Of a stretch of 64,000 nt of DNA, positions 55,297-64,000 are shown piece after piece. This DNA comes from an uncultured delta proteobacterium (GTDB taxonomy: Bacteria > Desulfobacterota > Binatia > UBA9968): assembly GCA_963847445.1 (NCBI GenBank), contig CAWJZV010000006.1, positions 144,133-208,132 on the forward strand, given 5' to 3'. Each line of letters starts with the position of its first letter. Within the stretch, counting starts at the first letter, position 1. The translations under genes were made by a program, and so were the position numbers. The notes below the pieces were generated by a model that searched no databases, had not been told where the DNA came from, and saw only the letters and a list, made by a program, of their open reading frames with translations.

Positions 55297-56013
55297 TCAT
55301 GACCTATCATCGAGCTCGGGATAATACCGAAAGATTCCTTCCTGATTGAACGGCAAGCGCCGCTCGGAGGCAAGATACGCGGCAAGCCGGGGGCGCGCCG
55401 CGACTCGGTCGTGCAGTGCGATCACTCGGCGCTGTTTGCGTTCCTGCCTGGTCATCGCGCGGGGAAAGGCGTAGCGCAGCCCTTCGATCATCTGGAACAG
55501 CGACAAATCGACGTAGGAAACCTTATTGCCGACAAGCACGCGGCCGCCGTTGCGCGCCAAGACCTGATCAAAATAACTCAAGAACTTCGGCAGACGCTCG
55601 GCTATGAAATTCTCCGCGCGGCGCTTGGCTTCACGCTTTTGCTCTTCGTAATACAAGCCGCCTGCGATCGGATGATGGCTATCGTGAACCTCACTGACCC
55701 AATCGGCGATGGTGAGTTGTAATTGATGGGCCCAAAGCCGGCCGGCGTCTGGTTTCGGCGCGAGGCCGAGGCGCGGGCCGAGGAATAAGAGAATGTTCGC
55801 GGTCTGGGCGATGACGAGCTTGCCGGCTTGCAAAAACGGCGGCGCGAACGGCGGCCGCTTGACCGACGGGTTGTCCATAGCGCGCGACATCGCCGCCATC
55901 CCGCGCGGTCGGCGCGCGACCTCCACATATTTCGCGCCGGCGTCTTCCAAGGCGAGCCGGACGAATTCTCCGCGTCCCTGTATGCCGGGCCAATAATACA
56001 GTTCGTAGCGCAT
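55297..56013 (-). CDS. Glutathione S-transferase family protein
   Basis: YYWPGIQGRGEFVRL, PFAPP, AQTANIL and SYVDLSLFQ motifs. Confidence 0.92.
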   Translation of the reverse strand: MRYELYYWPGIQGRGEFVRLALEDAGAKYVEVARRPRGMAAMSRAMDNPSVKRPPFAPPFLQAGKLVIAQTANILLFLGPRLGLAPKPDAGRLWAHQLQLTIADWVSEVHDSHHPIAGGLYYEEQKREAKRRAENFIAERLPKFLSYFDQVLARNGGRVLVGNKVSYVDLSLFQMIEGLRYAFPRAMTRQERKQRRVIALHDRVAARPRLAAYLASERRLPFNQEGIFRYYPELDDRS

Positions 56014-56083
56014 GATATTCCTCCGCGAGATTCCACTCTAGATTATCGCGATGGCAAACATCTCAACTCAATGCTGGATTCGT

Positions 56084-56698
56084 TTACCAGGGATTTGCCC
56101 GGAGCCATTCGACAAGGATGTTCTGGAAATCGAGGAACGTCAGTTCGGCGACCGTAAGTTTTAGCGATTGGCAGAGTATCGGCAGATCACCTTGAAATTT
56201 GCCATAACGCTCGGCGAGCTTCGAACCGCTTGGAATTAAAACATTGCGTCTGGTTTTACCGAACCAGTTGCGCACGGCCTTGATCGCTTCTTCCGGATTG
56301 CCGTGGTGGGCGGAGATATCCTGGCCCGAGATATCAGAACAAAATTTCTGAAATCTGAACTTGTCACTGTCCAGGATCTTACAGGACTTGGTTCGTTGCC
56401 GCTTGTCTCCGTACCGCTTAGCCCCTAAAAACAATCCGAGCTCCAGCGGCATATTGAATCTCGGCAGTTGAGTCTGGGGATCGACTTCAACACGGCAGAT
56501 GTCGTGGATGCCGAACCGGCAATCAGCAATTATTTGCTCGATTTTTTGAATTCGAACTATGCCGGAATCATCGATTTCGAGGGCGCAGCGGGCGCTGTAA
56601 CCGCAGTCGTGAACGGCGAAGACAAGCGCGTAAAAAATCGCGCGGTATTCCGAATCGAACGGACAATTGATGAAGACGTTGTCCTCGTAAGAGGCCAT
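56084..56698 (-). CDS. Uncharacterised TIR/nucleoside-deoxyribosyltransferase-like fold protein
   Basis: VFINCPFD, IADCRFGIHDI, PRFNMPLELG and SDISGQDI motifs; the fold is inferred. Confidence 0.6.
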   Translation of the reverse strand: MASYEDNVFINCPFDSEYRAIFYALVFAVHDCGYSARCALEIDDSGIVRIQKIEQIIADCRFGIHDICRVEVDPQTQLPRFNMPLELGLFLGAKRYGDKRQRTKSCKILDSDKFRFQKFCSDISGQDISAHHGNPEEAIKAVRNWFGKTRRNVLIPSGSKLAERYGKFQGDLPILCQSLKLTVAELTFLDFQNILVEWLRANPW

Positions 56699-56701
56699 GC
56701 G

Positions 56702-57004
56702 TCAGTGATTCCGGCTGCGAGGCGGGAGAGGGTCTGCGGCGCGCGTGTCAATGTCTTGGATTTTTCCGTTACGTCCGTGAATGATCAGGCTGGTTCTGTT
56801 GCGTTTTGCCACCGACTCGCCAAATTGCACGGCGTCTTCCTTGCGCGTAAACTCTTGAGTCGGCTGGCCCGCTCCGCTTGTGGTCACGACCCAACCGCCT
56901 GATTTAGGGACGACGTGCAGAGCACTGATGACGTGGCGAATCTTTGTCAGCTCTATGTTGCCGGTTTGGCTCGCTGCCTTTATTTTTCGTTTCTTCGCTT
57001 GCAT
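56702..57004 (-). CDS. DUF2188 family protein
   Basis: HVVPKSGGWVV...FTRKEDAV...IIHGRNGKIQ..DP.PP. Confidence 0.85.
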   Translation of the reverse strand: MQAKKRKIKAASQTGNIELTKIRHVISALHVVPKSGGWVVTTSGAGQPTQEFTRKEDAVQFGESVAKRNRTSLIIHGRNGKIQDIDTRAADPLPPRSRNH

Positions 57005-57351
57005 CGATCGTAAACTACCATATTTCGTCGGCTCAGCAAAATTGTCGCAAGGATTGTTGCCACGGTCAGCCGCTGCCGTCATCGCCATGGCTGTAGTTGA
57101 TGAAAATATCGAAGACTAAAGGTGATCCGACATATGCCATCAGGATTCCGCATGGACGGTACGCGGCAGCGGGGTCGGCCAGTGGCAGATTGCCGTATTG
57201 ATATCATATCCAACGCGAAGAGATGTATCGACCAGCAGATTCATCTGTACGGCTCGATGTATTCGTCTCGCTATGCTATCCCGCGCACGGCCAACAGCCC
57301 GAGAACCTGCGCGATCATCGTCGATACTGCGCTTTTACTTCTTAATGTAAG

Positions 57352-58671
57352 CTACTGATGCACAGTGTATGATTTTATCAATGCCTCTGAATAGTCGGCT
57401 ACCCAAAAGGCAAATTGATTCGAATTCACCTTATAGCTGGTTGTTCGCCATACTTCATTGCCATTGATCGCAAAAACCAGGGCACTTCCGTTCATTCTCA
57501 TTTGCAGGGTGTCGAAATTATTCTCGCCATTGATGCTGGTAAATCCTTCCGATAGCCGTGAAAACGGCGCGTACGTTCGACTTCTTCCCGGACCGATGGA
57601 GTAATATCCTCTATTCGTCGAGTGAAGAGTAAACAGCAGAAAATCCTCGGGGCGGTAATTCCATGCGATGCCGTAGCGGGTGGAACCGCCATTTCTGGTC
57701 GATTTAATTTGAAAATTGATGAGAAAATCCCTGCTGAGATCCAAATGGTCAACTCTAAACGGACTGCTAATGTAACTGCCCTCAGTACTGATCTTCAATT
57801 GAAAATCAGATGAATTTAAAGTGTGGGTTTTCTCCTGGCCGCCGCGCTTATCAGAAACACCAGAGCTCGCGTTTTTTTTCTCAGTCAGTGACGCGTCGAG
57901 CAAATTCTTCGCCATCGATAGCGAAGACCCGCCCGCCTTCGGAGCCTCACCCAGAAGCTTACCTTTGCCCGCCGCGACGAGTGGGTTAGCACTTTCAGCG
58001 TCAGCAATAGGTTTGTTCGCTGCAGTGTTTGCGCCAGCCGACGGATCCGCTTTTTCGGTCTTAACCGTCTCTCGAGGAGTCTTTTGGTAATACAAAAAAC
58101 CACCGACTGCGACGGCGATCACCGACGCTCCGGCAATGGCAAACCAAGGCTTTTTCGCGGCTTGTCGCGTCGGCGCCGCTGCACCGGTCTTTGCGTCTGG
58201 CGGCGTATCATTGCGTGTCACCAGACCTAACCGCTTGACCAACTCCTGAACATCGGACTCCCAACGGTTGTGGCTAAGCTCGAATCCATTGCGGTACGCC
58301 AAGTCGCTGAGACCTTCCGGTAATTGTTCCGCCGTGGGCATTTGCGCGCCGTGTATCAGCAGCGGTGTGACCGGAATATTGCGTTTGAGAGCCGCGCTAA
58401 TTTCCATGCGCACGAAATCGCCGGGATTGTCGAGTCGGCGCCGACCTGACTTGTCCGTGCCATCAACCCAGTCCCGTCCAATCAGTGCCAACATCACATC
58501 ACAGGTCGCCAGCCGTTCCTGAAGGACCGCGCGAAAGTCCCGTCCTAAGCCAATGCTGTCCACGTCCATAAACACCGAGTCCCGGCCGAGCCTGGCCACC
58601 AGGTCCTGGAACAACGCTCTAGCTTGACCTTCGGAATCTTCCCTTCGATAACTTATGAAAACCGAACCCAA
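57352..58671 (-). CDS. TIR_2-domain membrane protein with C-terminal beta-rich domain
   Basis: VFISYRREDS, VFMDVDSI and DFVRMEISAAL motifs; one TM helix (WFAIAGASVIAVAVGGFLYY). Confidence 0.88.
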   Translation of the reverse strand: MGSVFISYRREDSEGQARALFQDLVARLGRDSVFMDVDSIGLGRDFRAVLQERLATCDVMLALIGRDWVDGTDKSGRRRLDNPGDFVRMEISAALKRNIPVTPLLIHGAQMPTAEQLPEGLSDLAYRNGFELSHNRWESDVQELVKRLGLVTRNDTPPDAKTGAAAPTRQAAKKPWFAIAGASVIAVAVGGFLYYQKTPRETVKTEKADPSAGANTAANKPIADAESANPLVAAGKGKLLGEAPKAGGSSLSMAKNLLDASLTEKKNASSGVSDKRGGQEKTHTLNSSDFQLKISTEGSYISSPFRVDHLDLSRDFLINFQIKSTRNGGSTRYGIAWNYRPEDFLLFTLHSTNRGYYSIGPGRSRTYAPFSRLSEGFTSINGENNFDTLQMRMNGSALVFAINGNEVWRTTSYKVNSNQFAFWVADYSEALIKSYTVHQ

Positions 58672-58962
58672 AAAAATCTCCTCACTTGTCGCCTTATGTC
58701 AAACGATTTTCCGTCACGTTCATGGCTGATATTTGCCGTTCATCGAAAACTCCTGGGAAGGTAGGCGCCCCAGGTATTTCGTCGCATTTAGCGAATGCGC
58801 GTCACAGGTTTCGAGATGATCAAATTTTATGATTCCTCAAGGTAATCTGCACCGAGCTGGCTCGACTGAAATGTTCAGCAAGGCTCTTCAGCGGTGCGTG
58901 ATCGAGATGCTCTCTATCCTCGGTCAGTTGAAAGACTCTCTCTGTACGGTCACATGGATTGC

Positions 58963-60022
58963 CTATAACCCGTAAAACCGGCGCGGATTATCGTCGAGAA
59001 TTTTGCGGGCGACGGCGGCGGGGATTTCGCCTTTTTCGCCGCGCTGCTCGATGACGTCGAGGGCGTGGATCTCGGCGGACTGATCCGCGTGGCTATAGTC
59101 GGTGCCGATCATCAGATTGTCTTCCATGCCGTACTTGAGGATGTAAGGAAGATCGTCGTTGGTTTGGCAGGCGACATAGAAGCGGTTGCGGCGGAACAGG
59201 TCTTCCTTGAAATTGATCGGCAGGAACGTGCGCCGAAGTTTCTTCGCCTCCAGATCGGCATAGAGATAGGGCACCCAGGAAGCGCCGGTTTCGATGAAGC
59301 CGACTCTAAGCTTGGGAAACATGTCCGGGATGCCATGCTCGGCGAGCGCGCTGAACGCGGCGATGGCGATCATGCCGCCGCCGAGGCCGGACCCTTCGGT
59401 CGTGGCGGACTCGATGTGTGCCCGTTGGCGTTGTGGATGCAAATAGGCAGGTCGAGGCGGCTGGCCTCGTCGTAGATTGGAAAGAAATGTGGATCGCTGG
59501 CGGCGCGGCCGCCAGCTTCGATGCCCTTCTTGAACACGCCGCAGGCGCCGTGATCCTTGGCCCAACGCAACTCTTCCACGGCCTTGTCGATATCGAGCAT
59601 CGGCAGCACCGCGACCCAGCGCAGCCTGCCGCGGCTCTTCTCCGTGGCCGCTGGCGATCCAGCGATTGTAGGATTTGCACAGTGCCACGTCGATCTCTGC
59701 GTCGAGCGGTGAAAGCGTGCAGGAATAGAGTCGGGTAGAGGACCTGCACGTCGACGCGCAACTCGTCCATGTGGCGCACGCGGGCGTCCACGTCGAGAAG
59801 TTCCCGGGTCGCCTGAACCGTTCCGGTTCGCAGGTCATCGCGCCAGCGCTTGAGCTGGATCGTGCCGTCAATCAGCCAGAGGCGGTGCGGCCGGGCATCG
59901 CCCGGCGCCGTCGCCGCTCCCGGATCGACCAATACCGGTTTGAAGCGGCGTGCGCCATCGTCGAGGTATTCCCAGGTTGCTTCCGTTTCGTCTATATGGG
60001 CATCGACGTCTACACGAAACAT
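58963..60022 (-). CDS. Amidohydrolase_2 family protein; frameshifts at ~59420, ~59645 and ~59712
   Basis: DVDAH, LYPT, FIETG, GTDYSH and DNPRRFY motifs spread over three frames. Confidence 0.85.
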
Positions 60023-60169
60023 GATTCCTCCTGCCGCGCTCTGGATGCTTGGCGCGGTTGCGATTGGTCAAAGCCCGACGATTCTGCGGCTACAGCAACT
60101 TCTAAGTGTCGTTTATTGCAGCAGAGAGAGGGAGCTGTCAAGGAAAGAAGTGCTGCTGCAACCGGAATT

Positions 60170-60480
60170 CAGCGTCCGCGACCAGCTTGCTTTCTTCCGC
60201 GCCCATGGACGTGTAGAAATTGACTCGGCCTTCTTTTTTGGCGAGCTCGACGGTCTTGTCGTCAGCTGCGTCGATGGCCGTCGGGTTAGGACCGGCGCAA
60301 ACGATCAGGAAAAATATCAGAAAGACTTTTCTCGTTGCGCTCATTTTCGATCCCAAATCGCGCTGATGTCGGCAGCCGAGACAACTTCGAAAAACGTCTG
60401 TTCCATCAACTTGAGCGCCATTTCATGCAACTCGCGGTTGCGCGAGCCGACACAATCTTTCAAGACCACCACGTCGTAGC
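60170..60480 (-). pseudogene. Operon-junction fragment: isochorismatase-like 3' end plus ABC SBP 5' end
   Basis: YDVVVLKDCVGSRNRELHEMALKLM...DRK* overlaps (ATGA) with MSATRKVFLIF...AKKEGRVNFYTSM; both genes are truncated. Confidence 0.7.
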
Positions 60481-60488
60481 ATGGGTAT

Positions 60489-60570
60489 GTAGGATGTGGT
60501 GACCAAAGGGAACCACATCGTTGATAAGCTGCACTCCTTCGATGCGGTTCGCGGACTCACCACATCCTAC
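60489..60570. repeat. GTAG-family REP doublet (REPIN-like)
   Basis: Perfect 14-bp inverted ends GTAGGATGTGGTGA / TCACCACATCCTAC; each half has an internal hairpin. Confidence 0.8.
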
Positions 60571-60732
60571 GGGTTCCGCCATTTTATCCGTAGGTGTGCG
60601 TAAGCACCTGAAACACTTCGTGGCGAAAAACTCTTTCCCGTTGGGTTGCCGCGCAGCCGCGCTAGGAAATCTGTGCCTCTGTGGGCAATTACTATAGCTT
60701 TCCACGGGGCTGTCGCATTTAGCCGCTGACCT

Positions 60733-62439
60733 CTACAAAGATGCGTGGCCGTTGTGGTGGTTTCTCAAGACGCGGCCGGGAAAAGCGCCGGTGTGCTCGC
60801 CGTCCTGTACTAAGATTGCACCATTGACTATCGTCGTTTTTACGCCGGTGGCGCGTTGGATGAGACGCTTTTCACCGCCCGGCAAGTCGTTGACCATTTC
60901 AGGCTCACACTCGCGCACGGTCTGCGGGTCGAAAAGCACCAGGTCGGCGGCCATGCCTGGGCGAATCAGGCCGCGATCGTAGAGACCGAAGACCGACGCG
61001 ACCATGAAAGTAAGCTTGCGGATCGCTTCTTCCAACGGCATCACGGCCTTTTCGCGCACCCAGTAACCGAGAAAGCGCGTCGCGTAGCCGTAGCCGGCAT
61101 GGTAGACGAGATGAGCGCCGGCATCCGATTGGCCGACCAAAGTGATCGGACTCTTGAGGATCTCGGCGGTGGCTTCCTCGTCGCGACTGCCGGAATTCTG
61201 GAACATGGTCTCGAGGTTTTCTTCCACCGCGATATCGAGAAAGGTGTCGATCACGTCCTTATTCAGCGACTGGGCGATTTCTTCGACGCTCTTACCCTCA
61301 AGCCGTTGATTTTTCGCCTGGGCGGCTTTGATTAAAAAGATCTGATCCCAGCGCCGGGAAAACGTCGTCGGTCGTTTATCTTCCACCGCTTCGAAACGGA
61401 GCTGGCGGCGCCGTTCGGTGTCGCTGAATAGCTCCGCCCGTTGCTCCACCGGGGCAAACATCACCTGTTTCCAACTCGGCAGGTCGTCGAAGGTTTGCGC
61501 GTTCTTGAGAGTAAAGCGGCCGTTGAACAGACGGGCGTTGGTGAGCGGATAAGAGGGTGCTCCCGACGCGAGGGAGTCTTGCGCCAGATCGAGCAGCTTG
61601 CGCCACAGCTCGGGGGCGTTCCAGCGATGGGCGATGCTTTGCCAGATCACCGGCCGGCCCGAGGTCGAGGCGAGGCGGCGAAAGAAATCGATGTCTTCCT
61701 CCACCGGGCGCGCAGTTCCCAGGGTGCCGCGCGAGATTTGCATGGAGCCGCAATTGAGTTCGCCCAGCACGCTCGCCAACTCGACAATCTCCTCGTCGGT
61801 GGCCAGGCGGCTCGGTATCGGCCGACCATCCTCGCGCATATGGCGGCGATTTTGATTGGTCGAAAAACCGATCGCCCCAGCCTTCATGCCTTCTCGGACC
61901 AGGGCTTTCATCTGAGCGATTTCCGCGGGCGTCGCGGCGCGCTCCGAGGATTCCTCGCCCATGACGTATTGACGCACGGCGCAGTGTCCCATGAGCGCGG
62001 CGACATTGACGCCGAGTTTCTCCTGCAGCCGGTCGAGATATTGCGGGAAGCTGGTCCATTCCCATTTGACCGCTTGGCGCAGCACTTGAGAGGGCATCGC
62101 CTCGACCCGAACGAAGCTGCCGATGACGTTGTCGCGGTCTTGCGCGCGGCAAGGGGCGAGCGACAGGCCGCAGTTGCCGGGAATCAGGGTCGTCACTCCG
62201 TGGAAACAAGAGGAAGTTGCCAGCGGGTCCCACAGGAGCTGGGCATCCATGTGCGTGTGGAAATCGATAAAGCCAGGCGACACGGCCAGCCCCTCGGCGT
62301 TGACGACGCGCCGCGCGCTGTCATTGATCCGCCCCACTTCGACAATCCGATCGCCGTTAATCGCGACATCGCCGAAATAGGAAGGCAATCCGCTGCCGTC
62401 GTAAATCCGTCCGCCTTTGATCACGACATCGTAAGCCAT
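60733..62439 (-). CDS. N-acyl-D-amino-acid deacylase family amidohydrolase
   Basis: PGFIDFHTHMD, GVTT..GNCG, SDAGAH and ADLVLFDP motifs. Confidence 0.9.
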   Translation of the reverse strand: MAYDVVIKGGRIYDGSGLPSYFGDVAINGDRIVEVGRINDSARRVVNAEGLAVSPGFIDFHTHMDAQLLWDPLATSSCFHGVTTLIPGNCGLSLAPCRAQDRDNVIGSFVRVEAMPSQVLRQAVKWEWTSFPQYLDRLQEKLGVNVAALMGHCAVRQYVMGEESSERAATPAEIAQMKALVREGMKAGAIGFSTNQNRRHMREDGRPIPSRLATDEEIVELASVLGELNCGSMQISRGTLGTARPVEEDIDFFRRLASTSGRPVIWQSIAHRWNAPELWRKLLDLAQDSLASGAPSYPLTNARLFNGRFTLKNAQTFDDLPSWKQVMFAPVEQRAELFSDTERRRQLRFEAVEDKRPTTFSRRWDQIFLIKAAQAKNQRLEGKSVEEIAQSLNKDVIDTFLDIAVEENLETMFQNSGSRDEEATAEILKSPITLVGQSDAGAHLVYHAGYGYATRFLGYWVREKAVMPLEEAIRKLTFMVASVFGLYDRGLIRPGMAADLVLFDPQTVRECEPEMVNDLPGGEKRLIQRATGVKTTIVNGAILVQDGEHTGAFPGRVLRNHHNGHASL

Positions 62440-62627
62440 GGTCGCCTCCTATGCTTGTGGAATCGCCAAAATCTCCCGGTCGGTGTTGGACCGGCGTGAG
62501 GAAATGCTTCGGTTGCTACGAACTTGGTTCTGAGGTCGCTTATAATCAACGCCCTTGTCGGCTGTCAACGTCAAATCGAATTAACGTTATTTTCGCCCTC
62601 TCATGGATCTTATGGTTCGACTCCTTG

Positions 62628-62709
62628 TGCCATCCCGAGTGCCTTGGACTTTGCTCAGGATAAACTCCGCCGAGGAATCTCGATATCCTCCGCTGCGCTC
62701 AGGACGGCA
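62628..62709. repeat. Degenerate GTCATCCCGAG...CTCAGGATGAC-type palindromic repeat
   Basis: tgccatcccgagt...ctttgctcaggataaactccgccgaggaatct...cgctgcgctcaggacggca. Confidence 0.6.
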
Positions 62710-62759
62710 GCGATCGGACTTTTGCGAATTGCGACACAGTCTCGAAGCTGGCATGCGCT

Positions 62760-63770
62760 TTAGCGATCCCAGCCGTAAAGTCTCATGGCGTTGGCACTTA
62801 GAATTTTATTCTTCGCGCTTTCCGAAATATCCTTACGGTCTTTCAGCGTCGAGACCATGTAGGGAAAGTTGCCGTCCCAGTGGGGATAATCCGACGCGAA
62901 AACAATCACGTCCTCGCCGACGCGATCGAGGACAAAGGGTAGCGTCGCCTCTTCCGGCTCGGCGGCGTAGAACCAGTTGCCGCGGGCCATGTACTCGCTG
63001 GGCTTAGCCTTGAGCAATGGCGCCTCTGATTTTCGCTTCTCCCACTCCTCATCCATGCGATCCATCCAGTAAGGCACCCAACCCGCGCCGCATTCGAGAA
63101 AGGCGATGCGCAGCTTGGGAAATTGCTCCGGCACGCCGCCATACATGAGCGCAGCACAATCGATCAGCGTCTCGATGGGGCGGCCGATCGTATGCTTGAA
63201 GAGAAAAGTATCGTAACGAATCTCGCCCGCCGGTCCCTGGCGGGAATTGTGCACTAGCAGCGGCACGTTGAGCCGCTGGATCTCCTCGTAGATCGGCCAA
63301 AATTCCGGCTTGCCGAGATGCTCTTTCATGCCAAAAGAGGCAATGGCAATCCCCGCCAGTCCGAGCTTGCTCACGACACGATTTACTTCCTCCACGGCGG
63401 CGGCGACATTTTGAAAGGGCACGAGAGCTACTCCCTTGATGCGCGGGCTTGCTTTGCAGTGTTCAGCGATCCAGTTGTTGTAAGCGCGGCAATACGCCGC
63501 TGCGTAGTCCTTCTCGGTAAGCCGGCTCATGTGAAAGGCACTGGTCGGGAACAGCACTGAAGTATCGATGGTCTCTTTATCCATGTCGCGAAGTCTCATC
63601 GCGACGTCGCTGACCCTCAGCCCAAGCGTGCCATACATGCTGGAATCCCACTCATCACCCGGCAACAGCGACCCGCGTCTTTTGCAATAGGGCTCTTCCA
63701 GGTGCGGTCTGATATCGGCATCGCGCTCTTGGACATGTCCGTCGGAATCTATGACTCTCAGAGTTGACAC
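62760..63770 (-). CDS. Amidohydrolase_2 family protein
   Basis: IDSDGH, LFPT, FLECGAGW and ASDYPHWD motifs. Confidence 0.9.
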   Translation of the reverse strand: MSTLRVIDSDGHVQERDADIRPHLEEPYCKRRGSLLPGDEWDSSMYGTLGLRVSDVAMRLRDMDKETIDTSVLFPTSAFHMSRLTEKDYAAAYCRAYNNWIAEHCKASPRIKGVALVPFQNVAAAVEEVNRVVSKLGLAGIAIASFGMKEHLGKPEFWPIYEEIQRLNVPLLVHNSRQGPAGEIRYDTFLFKHTIGRPIETLIDCAALMYGGVPEQFPKLRIAFLECGAGWVPYWMDRMDEEWEKRKSEAPLLKAKPSEYMARGNWFYAAEPEEATLPFVLDRVGEDVIVFASDYPHWDGNFPYMVSTLKDRKDISESAKNKILSANAMRLYGWDR

Positions 63771-63887
63771 TTTAGCCTCCTATCTCACACGGAGTTTTTA
63801 GGTTTCCCTCGACCATCGCTACTTGATTCCACGCTGCCGCTGGGCGCGTTTCAGAGCCGCGCTTGAGTGCGTTCATGCGCTACGAAC

Positions 63888-64000
63888 TCATTCAAATACG
63901 TCCAACAGATTTCCCTCCGGGTCCCATAACTGGTGCCGGTGAGGACTTCCAGATATTTTTTAAAATTCGCGACGCTCACGTTCTAGGTAAATGCATCGAC
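63888..64000 (-). pseudogene. C-terminal part of a VOC/glyoxalase-like gene (disrupted or frameshifted)
   Basis: ...LWDPEGNLLDVFE*; an in-frame stop occurs shortly upstream. Confidence 0.4.

Overview
A GC-rich bacterial chromosome segment. The deltaproteobacterial-type gyrB-gyrA-gpsA order, plus many orphan Bug/TctC and ABC binding proteins and amidohydrolases, suggests Candidatus Binatia/Binatota (inference). Bases 1-15 kb are housekeeping genes: a divergent cobS-like gene, gyrB, gyrA, gpsA, rpmH, rnpA, yidD, yidC, jag, ispG, proS, pyrF and thiD. Bases 15-64 kb are an accessory patchwork: substrate-binding proteins, hydrolases, oxidoreductases, an animal-type heme peroxidase, SelO, a GAF-glycogen phosphorylase fusion, a two-component system, TA modules and a TIR cluster, interspersed with gene fragments and REP-type repeats. 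The top finding is a bacterial SelO/YdiU AMPylase whose conserved C-terminal ...YQTF-C-GT motif has an in-frame UGA at the Cys position, followed by a SECIS-like hairpin: a probable selenocysteine-containing bacterial SelO. Also notable: three cases of [gene]-[cargo]-[decayed copy of the gene's 3' end]; a tRNA-Thr(CGT) 3'-half att site; RAYT transposase relics; an internally deleted HigB-type toxin; and a TIR / DUF2188 / TIR-NDT-like candidate defence cluster. Many single-base frameshifts in conserved genes point to assembly indel errors. All family assignments come from motif recognition, not database searches.
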